Below are positions 1 to 13,068 of a stretch of 64,000 nt of DNA, piece by piece; positions within the stretch are counted from its first letter, which is position 1, and each line of letters opens with the position of its first letter. Under the pieces are notes generated by a model that was not told the origin of the DNA, made no database searches, and saw only the letters and a program-made list of their open reading frames with translations. The stretch covers positions 1,054,001-1,118,000 of the forward strand of contig MU057701.1 in NCBI GenBank assembly GCA_013265495.1, given 5' to 3'. A program made the translations under genes and the position numbers. The stretch comes from Vicugna vicugna (Eukaryota).

Positions 1-290
1 ATGTTTAAAATGATAGTGTTACTTATTTTAGGATCCTGCTGGACAAGAAGTAATATATGTGAAAAATACTGTTCAAATTATTATGTTAATGTATTTTGAC
101 ATTTTGGATCAAAAACTGTGTTTTAAATAAAGTAGTCATAGCCAACTATATGCTGTTTTATAGGAGCAAGTGCAACATTAATAATGATTAATACAGGTAT
201 TGGTTTAAATAAAATCATGTTTTATAAAATAGGCATAAAAGTTTTGTACACCTTGGGATATCAGTGTATTATAAAGAATCCATATAGTTA

Positions 291-628
291 CAGACTCACA
301 GACATAGAGAATAAACTTATGATTATTACCAGAGGGGAAAGGGATGGGAAGGGATAAATTGGGAGTTCGAAATTTGCAGATACTAGCTACTATATATAAA
401 ATAGATAAACAGCAAGTTTATACTGTAGAGCATAGGGAACTATATTCAGTATCTTGTAGTAACCAAAAAGGAAAAGAATATGAAAATGATTATATGTATG
501 TATATGTATGACTAAAACATTATGCTGTACCCCAGAAATTGACACAACATTATATACTGACTATACTTCAGTAAAAAAAGAATGCAAATTAAAAAATAGA
601 TAAAATAAAATACATCCTTTTTGGAAAA
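291..628 (+). mobile_element. Young 5'-truncated L1 3' end
   Basis: L1 3'UTR text (cagactcacagacatagagaataaactt...), A-rich tail, flanking duplication aat(c/t)catatagtta at 277-290 and 629-642. Confidence 0.85.
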
Positions 629-1215
629 AATTCATATAGTTAAATTAGCTATTGTAATCTTTCAATAAAATAGCAAAAATTTAGACAATTGTATTCTTCC
701 CACCTTCCTTCCCACCCCCTAGTTTTGGTAAGAAGTAGAAGAGCTTTGGAAAGTAGTTTGACTCGCTCAGGATTTTGAAGATGGGAGAACTGTTTGGATC
801 TAAGTCTTTAATAATATTAAATACATTTGCCTCTAGCTTGCTGGCGCTTTCAAAAATAGCTTGTAATTTCACCTTTTGCCAGTAGGTGGGGATATTTCTG
901 CACGGGTGGATGTCAACAGTGACTAAAGATCTGTATAGCTGAAACCCAAAGTGTAAGTAAGAGTACTTGAAATAAAGTTGGAGAATTAGAAACTATCAAA
1001 GGTAACACTAGTGCCTAATGAAAATCCATACTTTAGGATAAACTTTCTTGTAAAAAGTATATATTACATGTATAGGAGGAAATACAAAAATTCTTTGTAT
1101 TTGTTATATTAGAAGTGCAGACATAGTTCATTCAGCTTTTTGGTTTTTTTTTGGTATGAATTTATGTCATCAGGCTTTAAATATAACTTTCTTCCTCTAG
1201 TAAAGTAGAAGACTT

Positions 1216-1505
1216 TTTTATTGAAGTAGTCAGTTTACAATGTTGCATCAATTTCTGGTGTACAGCATAATAGTTTAGTCATACATATATGTACATATGT
1301 TCATTTTCATATTCTTGATTTTTAAAAAATATTTGTAGGTTTTTTTGGGGGTGATAATCAGGGTTTTATTGATTGATTTATCTTTCTTTTTTTAATGGGG
1401 TATTGGAGATTGAACCCTCGACCTTGTGTGTGCTAGGCATGCACTCTACCACTGAGCTATACCCTTCCCCTCCCTGTTTTCATATTCTTTTTCATTATAG
1501 GTTAC
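1216..1505 (-). mobile_element. Short young L1 3' end, split by a SINE
   Basis: tttattgaagtagtcagtttacaatgttgcatcaatttctggtgtacagcat matches the other L1 tails in this window; resumes after 1489. Confidence 0.8.
1317..1476 (-). mobile_element. tRNA-Ala-derived SINE (Vic-1-like)
   Basis: Reverse complement of ggggaagggtatagctcagtggtagagtgcatgcctagc...ggttcaatctcc; 13-bp TSD ttttcatattctt at 1304-1316 and 1477-1489. Confidence 0.9.
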
Positions 1506-2399
1506 AGAAAACTTATTGATGGGTCAGATTATTCAGAATCTTATGAGTTTAATACTATAAATAAGGTTGAAAGAGCTTTTTTTTTTTAAACTAAATTTTT
1601 GTAAAGGGAGAAGAATGAAAAAAATCTTTAAAAGATTTTTAAAAATCTTTTTAAAGTAAAATGGTATTCATAACATTCAAACTACGATGTCTATCACAGT
1701 ACTTGGTACATAGTACACCTTTAGTAAATATTTGTGAATTAAAGGATGATTGATGGAATTGAAAAAAGCTTACATGGTCTTAAGGACCTCATTTGAAACA
1801 AATAGAATCTTTCTTTGTGACATTATTACTGAATTAACTGGTATTTGTTCCTTAGTAATTTTGACTGTTAAGTTATAAAGATATAGAACTGAAGTATTCA
1901 TTCAAGTTAATGTTTCTCTTAATGGGTAGAACTCTTTTACCATACTCTGCATAGTTTTCTTCTTAACAAAGTAAAGATCAGTCTTATAGTCACAGCAAAA
2001 AGATTTTTTTTTGTAGTGTTACCTAAGAAAATTCACTTGTATAACTAGCCTGTCAAAGTTAGGAAGATAATTTAGTATAATTGTTCTCATTTATGATTTA
2101 ATTTAATTACTATTCAGAGCCTGACTTTATAGGTATTCTAAACCAGTGAAAAGAAATAATAGAATTTTTTTTCTTGAATCTTAAAAGAATAGTAGTAGAT
2201 TTTTGAGAGAACAATTGATACAAGTATTCCAGTTCTATAGAAGTGAGGCTAATTGTAGCAAAAGATTTTTGTGATAAAATATGAATCCTTATGCATTTTA
2301 GTTGTCTATTTCCTAGTTGTTTTGAAATTTTTAATTTAGATAGGTAGGAAAGCTTAGGTAGTAAGCCAGTCTTTTTATTACTTTAAAATAGGGTTGGTG

Positions 2400-2550
2400 C
2401 GGGGAGGGCATAGCTCAAGTGTTAAGAGTCCATGTTCTGCATGCACAAGGTCCTGGGTTCAATCCCCAATACCACCACTTAAAAAATAATTAAATAAATA
2501 GATCTAATTAACTACCCCCCCAAAAAAACCCCTAAAAATATTTTCAAGAG
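2400..2550 (+). mobile_element. tRNA-Ala-derived SINE (Vic-1-like)
   Basis: ggggagggcatagctcaagtg...ggtcctgggttcaatcccc (Pol III A/B boxes); 13-bp TSD aatagggttggtg at 2387-2399 and 2551-2563. Confidence 0.9.
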
Positions 2551-3129
2551 AATAGGGTTGGTGATGATACTTCAAGTTTCTTCTGATTTCCAGCTTGGTT
2601 ATCTCAAGTCTTTTTTCTCTAACTAGAAGGAGGATGTGGAATGGTGTTGAAATATTTACATATTCATTCAGTGAACATTTATTGAGAGTCTCACATGCAC
2701 CTTACCCTGAGGAGTAGGTTCTGGGACTTCAAGAAGAGGTTTTGACCCTGAACTTTCTTTCAAGAAACTTGCAGCAGTGTAAACTCAGGCAAGACTTGAT
2801 GTATGAAATAACTGAATGGTCAAGTCAGAGTTAGTGGTACACACAATGAAGGTGAAATAAAGGAATGAAAAAAAAGCCCATGGATATTTTTAAGGGAGCT
2901 CAATTTTCAGATTCTAAAATTGATCAGTTTTTCATGTTTTCTTCCTTTGACCTTACAAAAGAAAGATACATCTCTTAGTCATCCCAAATAGTATATTGCC
3001 CTATTGTAGGAGGCCTTCCAGGGCACCAAAGAGATAAATCAGAGCATTGGTCAGGTTGTTGAGAAGATAGTGACTCCATTGACATTTCATAAGTCAGTTG
3101 GTTTCCTTTCCTTAAATTTCAATGAAACT

Positions 3130-3460
3130 GAGAGACCTGATCAAATTGTTAGTTAATCATTAAAGATAATTTTCATAAAAAGTAGAGTAGTGAGATAAAT
3201 CCCATTGTTCTTCATAAAGTTAAAAAAACTTGATTATTGTGATTTGGGGACCATATAACTCAAAGAATTAAGAGAATTTGATGGCATTGCTATAATAAAA
3301 TTCCTTTCATTCCCATCTACTTATTTATGTAAATTTTCTTAGCACTTACATTTGTAAAAATGAAAAATAAGAATAGGATATTTAGAATAAATATTCACTG
3401 ATAGACACATCCTAATTGAAAATAGGAAAACCTCATCTATCTCATGAAGAGGTGCATTTC
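3130..3460 (+). mobile_element. hAT-Charlie-type DNA transposon remnant
   Basis: 3301-3333 reads FLSFPSTYLCK, resembling the Charlie transposase C-terminal LPFPSTYLCE motif; borders approximate. Confidence 0.55.
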
Positions 3461-3924
3461 CAGTTCTTTTCCTCCTCCTCACCTCCCCCCTTTTTTGAGT
3501 AGTTTGTTCTAATCAGGATACAGGAAAGGTCTACACATTGTATTTGGTTCGTATGTTGAAGTCTCTCTTCAAGTATAGGCCTTTTCCCCTTGCCTGCCCT
3601 TTTTCTTTGAATTTTCTTTGAATTTATTTATTAAAGAAACCAGATCTATTAAATACCTTCATCTAAAAACTCTTTATAATTTGGTTCTAGCATTGTTTCG
3701 CATTATGCCTATGTTTCCATCATACTCCTATATTCCACCACTCTGAACTCCTCACCTTTTCTTATTCTTTTCACATTCTCTTAAGTCTCCAAGTTTTTGA
3801 TGTTTTGTTTCCTTAGACTCTATTACAGTACTTTTTTCCTTACCTAGTTGTTAAGACCTTGCTGAAGTATTATCTCCTTTGCGAAGTCTTCCCCAGCTTC
3901 CTGAAGCTGAGTTAGGTGCCGCTC

Positions 3925-4260
3925 TCTAACAGGGTCCTGATAGGAAACAGGTAACGTTCTCACAAAAGGTGAAGGAGAATGCGCTGAAGGGAGTCCTTAC
4001 AGTGAGTGGGCAGGGTTAAGGGAATGCAACAAGGAATAGTGCAGCACATAAGGACTTGCAGTGATAGGAACTTGGACCACCTTTGGGCCAGAAAGGGCAA
4101 AGGGAGAGAGTATTTGTGGCAGCCCAGAGAGACCCTTGCTGTTGCTTCTCATCTTCTGAACCCAACTGAAGTCAAAGAGCAAAGGATCCCAGTTCATGTA
4201 GTCCATAAAGATCAGCCTCCTAGATCACTAAGCACTGGTTAAAGGATGGAGAATGGTATA
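3925..4260. mobile_element. Old solo LTR (ERVL/MaLR type), subfamily not assigned
   Basis: cagggtcctgataggaaacagg-type terminus recalled from ERVL-class LTRs; GC/purine shift against the flanks. Confidence 0.35.
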
Positions 4261-4889
4261 TTAACATACTTCATTGTATCATTTATCTTATTGACTTAAA
4301 ATTCAGTGGTTGTGTTGATTTCTTTCCCTGTAGCACTGTGAACTAGTTCTTACTCATATTTACATACCCACAGTGCTCATTAGGTATTGTTTATTAAATG
4401 AATGAAAGTTTAAAAAAAGAGATGAATGAAGTATATAATTTAAAAAATTTGTTCTACTTAGTGGTAATGTGTGGACTCTAATAATTTTTGCTTTGTTTGG
4501 CAGTTTTGATGCTTCTGCAATAATTGCCTCACTCATATTGGTTGAAGAGAGGCCAGGGATTAATTTAGGCCATAACAGGTAACTTCTATATTTAGAAGGA
4601 TTATAATACAAGACTCTGATTTGGTTGCTCAGTGGCATGATAAGTATATTTATGTACTTTCTTTTGCTATAGGGGAATCATGATGCAGGGAAAGAATCTG
4701 CAGAGGCTGTAAGACCATAAAAGTATGTGATACCAGAAAGAATGTGCCTTACTTATTAGACTTTCTCTGGGTTATTACACAGCTTTTTCAAATCACCTAA
4801 ATAAATGGAAGCTGGTCTCTAAATGGAAAATAAAGCCTTATTGGTAGCCAGATTCTTCCCCTATCCCAAATTAGTTGACCTAATTATCA

Positions 4890-5400
4890 CATATTTGCTA
4901 TAAAGGCTTGTTACAATTGCTGATAAACAATTACACCAAAGCTTAGAGGCCTAGAACACAGACAGTTTTATTATCTCTCATGGTGTCTAGGGTCAGGAGT
5001 TTGGGAAGGACTCTGGTGAGTGGTTTTGGCTTGGGGTCTTTTGTGTTTTTTATTCAGATGGTGGCTGGAGCTGGAATAGTTGGAGGCTGGCTGGACATTT
5101 CTCTCTCTCCAGCTCATCTGAGAGCCTCTCCATGTGGTCTTGTTGCATGGGCTAGTTTATGGCAGCTCCAGGGCAGTTGTACTGCTAGTATGACTGGCTC
5201 AGGGCACTGGCAGGAATTGTCAGGAAGCAAGGCAAAAGCTGCATCTCCTTTTCTAACTTAGCCTAGTAAGTCCTTGTTGCATTTTATTGGTTATAAGCAA
5301 GTTACTTACAAGCTCTACTAGATTCAAGGGGAAAGAGCATAGTCCCCCATCTCTTGATGAAAAAAATGTCCAAGAATTTGCAGCCATTTAAAAATTGTTA
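4890..5400. mobile_element. MaLR (MLT1-type) solo LTR
   Basis: aacaattacaccaaagcttagaggcc...ttattatctctcatgg...ggtcaggagtttggg and ctagattcaagggga...ccatctcttgatg...gaatttgcagccattt; explains ORF 4980..5261. Confidence 0.65.
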
Positions 5401-5664
5401 GAGGTGACAGCAGTGGCAGCTACTGCTGCTACGAGGCCAGTCTCTTTCTTTTCCTGCCTGAGGCCCTCCCCTGTGTCTTTTCCCCCAGGGATCTTTCTCT
5501 AGTTATTTTTTTTCTGTGTCAGTTTAAGTATCATTTCAAAGAGTTACTAAATACTCTGTCTAAACTAGCTTCTGTCTTCATTATTCTCCATCACAGTATC
5601 TTGTTAACTTCAGAGGACTTACTAAAATTTATTTTCATATTCATTCTTTTTCTATTTATTGTCT

Positions 5665-5870
5665 TTTTAAAAACTTTAAATTTTAGATTAATTTTAGATT
5701 TATAGAAAAATTGCAAAGGTTTTTCAGAGTTTTTATATATTCCCTATCCAGTTTCCCCTGTTATTAACTAATGTTACATTAGTATGGTATATTTGTCATG
5801 GTTAATGAATCAGTAATGATACATTATTATTAACTAAAATCCATACTTTATTTAGATTTCTTTAGCTTTT
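5665..5870 (-). mobile_element. L1MC-type 3' end fragment
   Basis: Reverse-complement similarity to the L1 tail at ~30240-30420 (aattttagatttatagaaaaattgcaaag...cctgttattaac...gatacattattattaactaaa). Confidence 0.7.
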
Positions 5871-6145
5871 ATCTCTACTAGATTGGGAGCTCCTGCAGGG
5901 CAGAGACTGTGTTTCATTCACCTAGTGTAATACTAAACACTTAGGAGTTACTCTGTAACTATTTCTCGAAAGAATGACTACTAGAATGATGTCTTTGAGT
6001 TTATAGTCTAACCTCTTCCCCATTTTAGGTGTCACTTGCCCAAGGAGGTCATTTGTGTCTTCTCTAAGTCCTTGGCTATGTCTCCAAGGTGGTACTAGAA
6101 ATCACATCTTGTGAAATCCAGTTTGCTGTATATGTATATATATAT

Positions 6146-8655
6146 ATAGAGGTGAGTTTGTTGTGAAACTCATGAAGCTAATGAAATTCATGAAACTAAT
6201 GAAGCTTAACTTTCAAGATCCTATCTGAGGGCCTGGGAGGAACCTGAGCAATGAGTTCACGTGATCCCTTTAAAAAGTTGTTGTATTGGTATATGTTATA
6301 TACACAAAAAAGTGCAAAAATTAAAAGTGTGCAGCCTTAGACTTTTCGTAAACTTAACACCTATATAACCAGTGCCCAGATCAAAAAACACTTCCTGTAC
6401 ATTGTCACATAGTTAAGAAGAATTTGCAAATGTATGCTATCTTAAGCACAATCAGTTAAGATTGCTTTCTTTTTACACTGATTTCCCTTCTGTCACTCTT
6501 GCCATGTTGGTGGCGTTGGAGTGGCTGTAGGCATTTTGGGCATCTGGCTATGGGAAAACTGACTTGGGGGTACATTTAGTTTAGTTTTACTAGGATATGT
6601 TTATGTGGTTCACAGTCTCTTCATGTACAGTTAAGGTATTGCTAACCATCCAAGTATGGGAATAGTTTTAACTTTGTGTTAACTCATTGGCATTTTGACA
6701 TAAACATGCAGGGCTAGAGATGGGATATGATATGAATATGTCCCATGGCATCTGGCACCTGAAGTATGTGGTTAGTGGAGGAAAAACAAGGTTTGATGCC
6801 AAAAGGCCAGTCTGTGAAAAAGTCTTCTGAATCCTAAAGCTTCATATGAAAGAGGCTTGTTAATAGTTTTCCCAAGTTTGACCACAATCCTGAAAGTTTA
6901 TGTAACATTACCAATAATGGCCCTGTGCTAAAGGAAACTTAGTTTAAGTTTTACAACAACAAAAATGAATTCTACTATGCTAGAGAAAGGACTGAATTAT
7001 TTTCCTGTTATCTCTATGAAAAATGACATTGTAAAACTCATAGGAAAGTATGATGCTGGCATAACGGTTGACATATAGGTCAGTGGAATAGAATCGAGAG
7101 TCCAGAAATAAACTTACAAATCTCTGGTTAGTTGATTTTTTTCTTTTGACAAGGATTCCAAGGCCATTAAGTGGGGAAAGGTTAGTCTTTTCAGCAAATG
7201 GTCTTAGAACAACTGGATATCCACGTTGTAAAGAATGAAGTTGGACTGCCACCTCACCTTATGCAAAAATTAACTCAAAATGAATTAAAGACCTAAATGT
7301 AGTAACAGCTAAAACTGTAAAAACTTTTGGATAGAAACACAGGACCTTGGGTTGGCAGTGGTTTCTTAAATATGACACCAGAAGCACAAGCAACCAAAGA
7401 AAAGATCAAATTGGACTTCATCACAGTTAAAAACTTGTACCCCAAAGGACATTGTCAAGAAAGTAAAAAGACAACTCATAAAATGGAAGATATTTGTAAA
7501 TATAAATCATAATATCTGATAAGGGTCTATAGCTAGAATATATAAAGAACTCTTACAAGTTAATGACAAAAGGATGAACAGCCCAATTAAAAAATGGGCA
7601 AAGGATTTGAGTAGATAGACATTTCTCAAAAGAAGATAGACCATTGGCCTGTAAGCACATGGAAAGATGCTGAATGTCATGAGTCATTAGGGAAATGCAA
7701 ACTGCAGTGATATACCACTTCACACCCTCTAGGAGGGCTATAATAAAACACTTAGGAAAATGACAAATGTTGGCAAGGATTCTCATACGTTGTTGGTGGG
7801 AATGTAAAATGGTTCAGCCACTGTGGCAAAAATTTGGCAGTTCCTTAAAAAGTTAAACATGGAATTACCATATGATTCAGCAGTTTCACTTCTAGCTATG
7901 TAACTAAGAGAATTGAAAACTTGTTCACACCAAAAATTGTACACGAATGTTCATAGTAACATTATTCCTAATAGCCAGAATAGTTGGGTGGAAACAACCC
8001 AAATGTTAATTAACTGATGAATAAACAAAATATGGTATATCTATACAATGGAATATTATGTTATAAAAGAGATTGAAGTACTCATACATACTACAAAATG
8101 GATGAACCTCAAAAACATTCTGAGTGAAAGAAGCTAGATACAAAGAATCACATATTGTGTGATTCCAGTTGGAAAATTTATAAAGACATAAAGTAGATTG
8201 GTGGTTGCCAGGGGACAGGGGAGAATTGGGAGTGACTTCCCAGGTATGGGGTTTTTTTTTGGATGATGGAAATGTTCTGGAATTAGATCGTGGTGATGGT
8301 TGTACAGCATTGGGAATATACTAAAAATTATTGAATTACACAGTTTTAAATAAAATTGTGTGACTTCTATCTCAATAAAGCCAATTGCAAAAAAAGCCCT
8401 GTCATGTAGGAGGAGGTAATCATTGAATATGCAGCCAAAAGACTAGGGAAAAGGTTTTATAGGAATGTGTCAGTTAATAAAAGTATTATTTTCTAGTGTT
8501 TATAATGTTTGTGATTTTTTCAGCTTGTTAAAATTTATGGTTTCTCATTATAAATTAAATATTTGCTTTCATACCTAATTTTGCATTCTTATTTTAAAGT
8601 GAAGCCTCCAAGCTATATAAACTCCAGGCTCCACAAAGCCTGGATTGACTCTGAG
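6146..8655 (+). mobile_element. hAT-Tip100 (Zaphod-like) DNA transposon, internally deleted, interrupted by an L1
   Basis: 6869-7036 gives FPSLTTILKVYVTLPIM...STMLEKGLNYFPVISMKNDIVK (hAT C-terminal dimerisation domain); recognisable ends atgaagcttaactttcaag and ccaggctccacaaagcctggattgactctg. Confidence 0.65.
7047..8395 (+). mobile_element. L1MB-type LINE: 3' ORF2 remnant plus 3'UTR
   Basis: cagtggaatagaatcgagagtccagaaataaac, aaaaattaactcaaaatg, ttggtgggaatgtaaaatgg, ending tatctcaataaag plus A tail. Confidence 0.9.
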
Positions 8656-8789
8656 GTGTATATTAGCTTCAAATAAAAATGATTCAAGAATTGTGTTGTC
8701 TTTAAATGTTCATTTCTTTTCTGCCCCAAACTCCATTCAGTGATAGGGGCATAAAAACAGCATACACGTACAAGAGTAAAAAGAACAGG

Positions 8790-9725
8790 AGACAGCAAAT
8801 GAGTGATGTCAGAAAATTTCAGGAAGATGGAAGGTGGTTGGAGCAGGTAATTTAGCTGAGAGAGTAGAATATACAGTATCTGCCGAGGGGGTACCAAATC
8901 CCTGCTATATTCCAGCTAGTTCATATCCCAGATCTGTAGAAATGACTCAGGAATTTGAGGCACCAGGTATCTCTGAGGGTGCAGGTAAGACATGAGGCTG
9001 AAAACGAGAACTGGTTTAAGGTCTGTAAAAGGTTCTGTATGTATGTACCTCATCCCAGACAGCCAGGTGACTGATCTTCCTCAACCCTCACAGAAAGTTA
9101 AAGACTTGTTTTGTAGAGAAGTTAACCAGATTGGCTCCAGGCCTGTGGATACCTGGAAGGTCTGGGAGAAATTCTCACCTGAAAATGAAGGGACTGGCAA
9201 CATCTTAAATAGTGAAACTCCGAGCCCTTTGTACTGCTCAGCTTCACAAGCAGTAGCAGCCCATTAAATCTTTTCTCCTTTATGAAGAAGTCTTTTCTTG
9301 AAGATATTGGACAGTTCCAGAGAGAACATTTATAAATACTGGTATTTAGAGTTTCCTTATGTGTAACAGCTAAGTCAACTTGCTAGACAGCCTATGGTGA
9401 AAGTTACCAGTCGCTAGGTGGAGGAGAGAGGACCTCACCACTCCTTAAAGTTTCACTTGTGCACGAAGAATTAGAAATGGCACTGACTTCTCAACAGTAG
9501 TGTCAGAACTGAGAAGACAGTTGAGTATTACCTTCGGAATTCTCAATGGAGATGACATCTAGCCTAGAACCAAACCATTTGCTCAGTCAAATATGAAGGC
9601 AGAATAGAGGCATTTTGGGACATGCCAGGTGGCAACAAATTATTTCTACTTAACCCTTAGGAAGCTGCTGAAGGATATGCTCATCAAAATGAGGGAACAT
9701 ACTAGGAAAGAGGAATATGTGAGTG
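8790..9725 (+). mobile_element. Ancient L1ME/HAL1-type 5'/ORF1 remnant
   Basis: gacttctcaacag...gaagacagttgagtattaccttcggaattctc...ctagcctagaa resembles the L1 ORF1 C-terminal region. Confidence 0.5.
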
Positions 9726-10636
9726 ATTGTATCCTTGTACACAAAGGGAAAGGCAGAGAGAGGCAAAGGGAAGTCAGTAAACCTAAAGTTCAGGGAAGAA
9801 GACTCTGAAAGTCTATGCAACGTCTTGTGTATTTTTTCTTGGGAGAGGGCCTGTGTTGGGACTCTTGTTTATAAAACAAACAGAAGCCAAACTTGGGAAA
9901 AAGCATTGCCAGCCATGAACATTATCAAGTTTTTAGTGTTTGTGACAGTTTTTTAGGTGAGAGAAATGGCATGTTTAAAAAGTTTTGAGTTTGAAAGTCT
10001 TTCATTAGCACTGTTGATGACTTACTATCAGAACTTTTCTCTGCTTTGTCAATTACCTTATGGCTTTATAGCTAAAATACTTGTTAATAGAAACACTCAA
10101 GTTTTAGAGCTGGCTAAGAACTAAATATATAATTACCTTAACATGAGATATGTAGACCTTTAAGAAGTCTGTGGATTGGCACCAGGTGGGTACCATGAAC
10201 CCCCTGGGTTGTATATGTGGCCTTTTTTTCCCCCTGGCATAGGGTCCAACTTCATAACACAGAAAAAGAAGTTCAGAGAGGTTAAATGACTTACTCAGCA
10301 GTGGTCTCCCAACTCCCATTTTGGTGTGCATAACCCCTATTAAATCATACTGTTTTCAAAGTCCTGAATTAATGTCGTTTTGTTGCATGATCAACTTTTA
10401 AATTTCTTGAACATTGTGTGTGATGATTAAGATGAATGTAAAAACTGATATGAATTTCTTTTGAGTGATAAACTGTGTTAAAACATCTTTAAAGTTTAAA
10501 AATGTGATTATTCTAAAATAATGAGACATTTCAAACAGTCCTTATCATTATGGAGAATAAAAATTTTGTGTTTTCCTGTTTGTGAAGGAAAAAACTGAAA
10601 ACAATCCTAGAAACATTGTTAACGGATTATAGTATG

Positions 10637-10692
10637 CCTCTCTCTCTCTCTCACAAATTTTACAGTGGTTTTGTGTGTGTGTGTGTGTGTGT
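10637..10692. repeat. (CT)n and (TG)n microsatellites
   Basis: Directly visible dinucleotide runs. Confidence 0.9.
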
Positions 10693-11939
10693 ATAGGGGA
10701 ATTATTAAAGAATGTGTAGGGACATTTTAGGTTGTTTTATCTGCTGTGTTGGAATTTTTTCTAAAATGTAAGTCTCCTTTTCTGCCCTAATTGGTAACAT
10801 CTTAATGGCTATTTTGGGGTCTTGTACTCCTGTAGTTTGAATGTCAGTTTGAATGCATTTTAGCCTTGAAGCCTTAAGTAATGTAGGAAATTGAATAGAA
10901 TACACATTCCTAAGCTTTTAGTTAATTTTGGAGATAAAGTTTAAGGACTAGTATACCTTTCTGTGACTTGTCTCTTGAGCAACTACTAAGCTTAATGCTA
11001 TAGCTGAAACCTGCTTGAGGGTAGGGACTTGCTTTGTGTAATTTGTACCAAGCATATAATATAGGAGAATTCAAAGCATATTTGTTAAATAATAAATCCT
11101 CAGTTTTAAGTCCATTAGGATGTATTTTAAAGGTTGAAATTATTTCCAGTTTTGTAACATCATTTTTGAGAAACTGATTATGAAATAATAGATACATTTT
11201 AGAAATTCTGAAAATTACTAATTAGAAAATTACTGATTATTTAGAGAAATAAGTCATTACTCAGAGATTACCTTACATTTTGGAATTATATTGAAACATT
11301 TCTTTTGTTAATAGTTTGTGGCCCAGAAGTATTTTAATAGGGATATTACTTTGCTTTTCTAAGTTTAAAAATAAATTTATATCGATCTGCAGTCAAGGAC
11401 TTTCTTTGCCTTTTTTTTTTCTCTATTTAAAATTTTAAACTTTGCTGCACAAAGTAAGGGGGGAGTAAGATCGGAGTTGCCTTGAGGTGGTTATTTGGCT
11501 TGAACTAGGAGGACCAGGACTTAGGACCTGTTCTGATACTGTGATTGATTTTGAGGTGATTTGAAGCAACAGATTGTTACCTAGTTTTTACATCTTTTAT
11601 ACACGATTTTAAAAAGTTAAAAACATTGAATAAGCTAAATATATATGCATGGCAAATTGTACAAAAGACCACAGTGAAATGATTAATTTCCAACTGCTCC
11701 CTGACAGTTCCTTAATGTAGCTGCCCCAGATGTAATTAGTTGCCAGTTTCACCTACTTTGTAAATTGCCAACTGGTTAAGTAGAGGATACTTGTGGTTTT
11801 GTCCCCTTCTCTTTGGAAACCTCTTCTGTCCAGGTAATCCAGTCGTCTAAACTGTTCTAATCTCCAGGTGGAGAAAGAAACATGAGCAAAAGCAAAAGTT
11901 ATGTGTATAGAGTAATGTAGAGAGGGAAAGAAAGGAACA

Positions 11940-12810
11940 CCTGATGTCAGATTATGCAGTGACTTAAATGATAGGCTAAGGAATATGGATTTTATCCAGT
12001 AGGTAGTCAGGAGTTAAACATTTCCGAACAAGGGAGGAATTTTGGACTTATAATTGATTCTTCATTCCCCTCAACCCTAATTGTCAAGCCCTACTTTTTC
12101 TCCTTTGAAATCTCTTTTGACCCATTCTTCCTTTCCCATTTTTACTCATTCCACTACCATAATCTGGTCCTTTTTACATCAGACTGAGATTGTTGCCACA
12201 GTTGACAAATGTTTTCTCTGCTTTGAGTCTTTTGTCCTGCAGCCCATTCTGGACATCATAATCAGAGGAATCTTACCTAGAGCTTCACTTTGATCAGATT
12301 TTTCTCCTACTCAGAAACCTTTATTATCTTCATATTGTTGACAGAATAAGATCCAGACTTCTTGGACTGTCTTTCAAGCCTTTCTAATAATTAACCCAGT
12401 TTGCCTTTTAAGCCTTATCTTTTCCCCTTGTTTCTAGAGAACTTGGAATGTTCCTTTTCACCATCTCATGTATCTTCACCGTTCCATTTTAAAATTTTGT
12501 CTTTGTTTCTTTCTTCCTCCTGCATCATCCTTTCTCTAGTCTCTACTAGTTAAAAAATCATACCCATCCTTAGAGTTTAGCTAAAGTTACACCGCCTATG
12601 TACAGCTCCTTCACATTATTTAGAAGCTAGTTTGAGTTCTTTTTTCTGAAGTCTCAGAACTCCTTGTTTGTACTAAAAGCACTTAACGCTTTCTGTTGTG
12701 CTTGTTTGTCTTAATTGCTGCCTTGCTAGATGATGTAACTTACTTACGGTGTTTATTTTCCACACATAGTACTTGCATACACTTGTGTGCTTGATAAATG
12801 TTTGTTCTGT
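11940..12810. mobile_element. L2 fragments
   Basis: ggctaaggaatatggattttatcc and ataagatccagacttcttgg...tttcaagcc, ending gcttgataaatgtttgtt. Confidence 0.55.
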
Positions 12811-12902
12811 TAATTGAGCTCTCCTATTTTGAACTATATTTTGTTCTGATTATAAATGTTTTTTGGTAGTTCAGTTTAGCCATAATTGTTTAGCACTAAT
12901 TT

Positions 12903-13068
12903 TTTCTTTTCTTATTATTATTTTTAAATTGCAGTATAGTCAGTTTACAATGTTGCATCAATTTCTGGTGTACCGCATAATGTTTCAGTCGTACATATAC
13001 ATATATATATTTCTTTTCGTATTCTTTTTCATTATAGGTTACTGTAAGATACTGAATATAGTTCCCTG
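12903..13068 (-). mobile_element. Young 5'-truncated L1 3' end
   Basis: Same tail family as 1216 and 15874; TSD ttgtttagca(c/t)taattt at 12886-12902 and 13069-13085. Confidence 0.88.

Noticed and set aside
1621..1656. Palindrome aaaagatttttaaaaatctttt
   Set aside because: Very AT-rich and low-complexity; expected by chance or slippage.
2400..2480. tRNA-Ala gene (also 14420-14495, 37040-37114 and others)
   Set aside because: Stems are broken, and A-rich tails plus TSDs identify these as SINEs.
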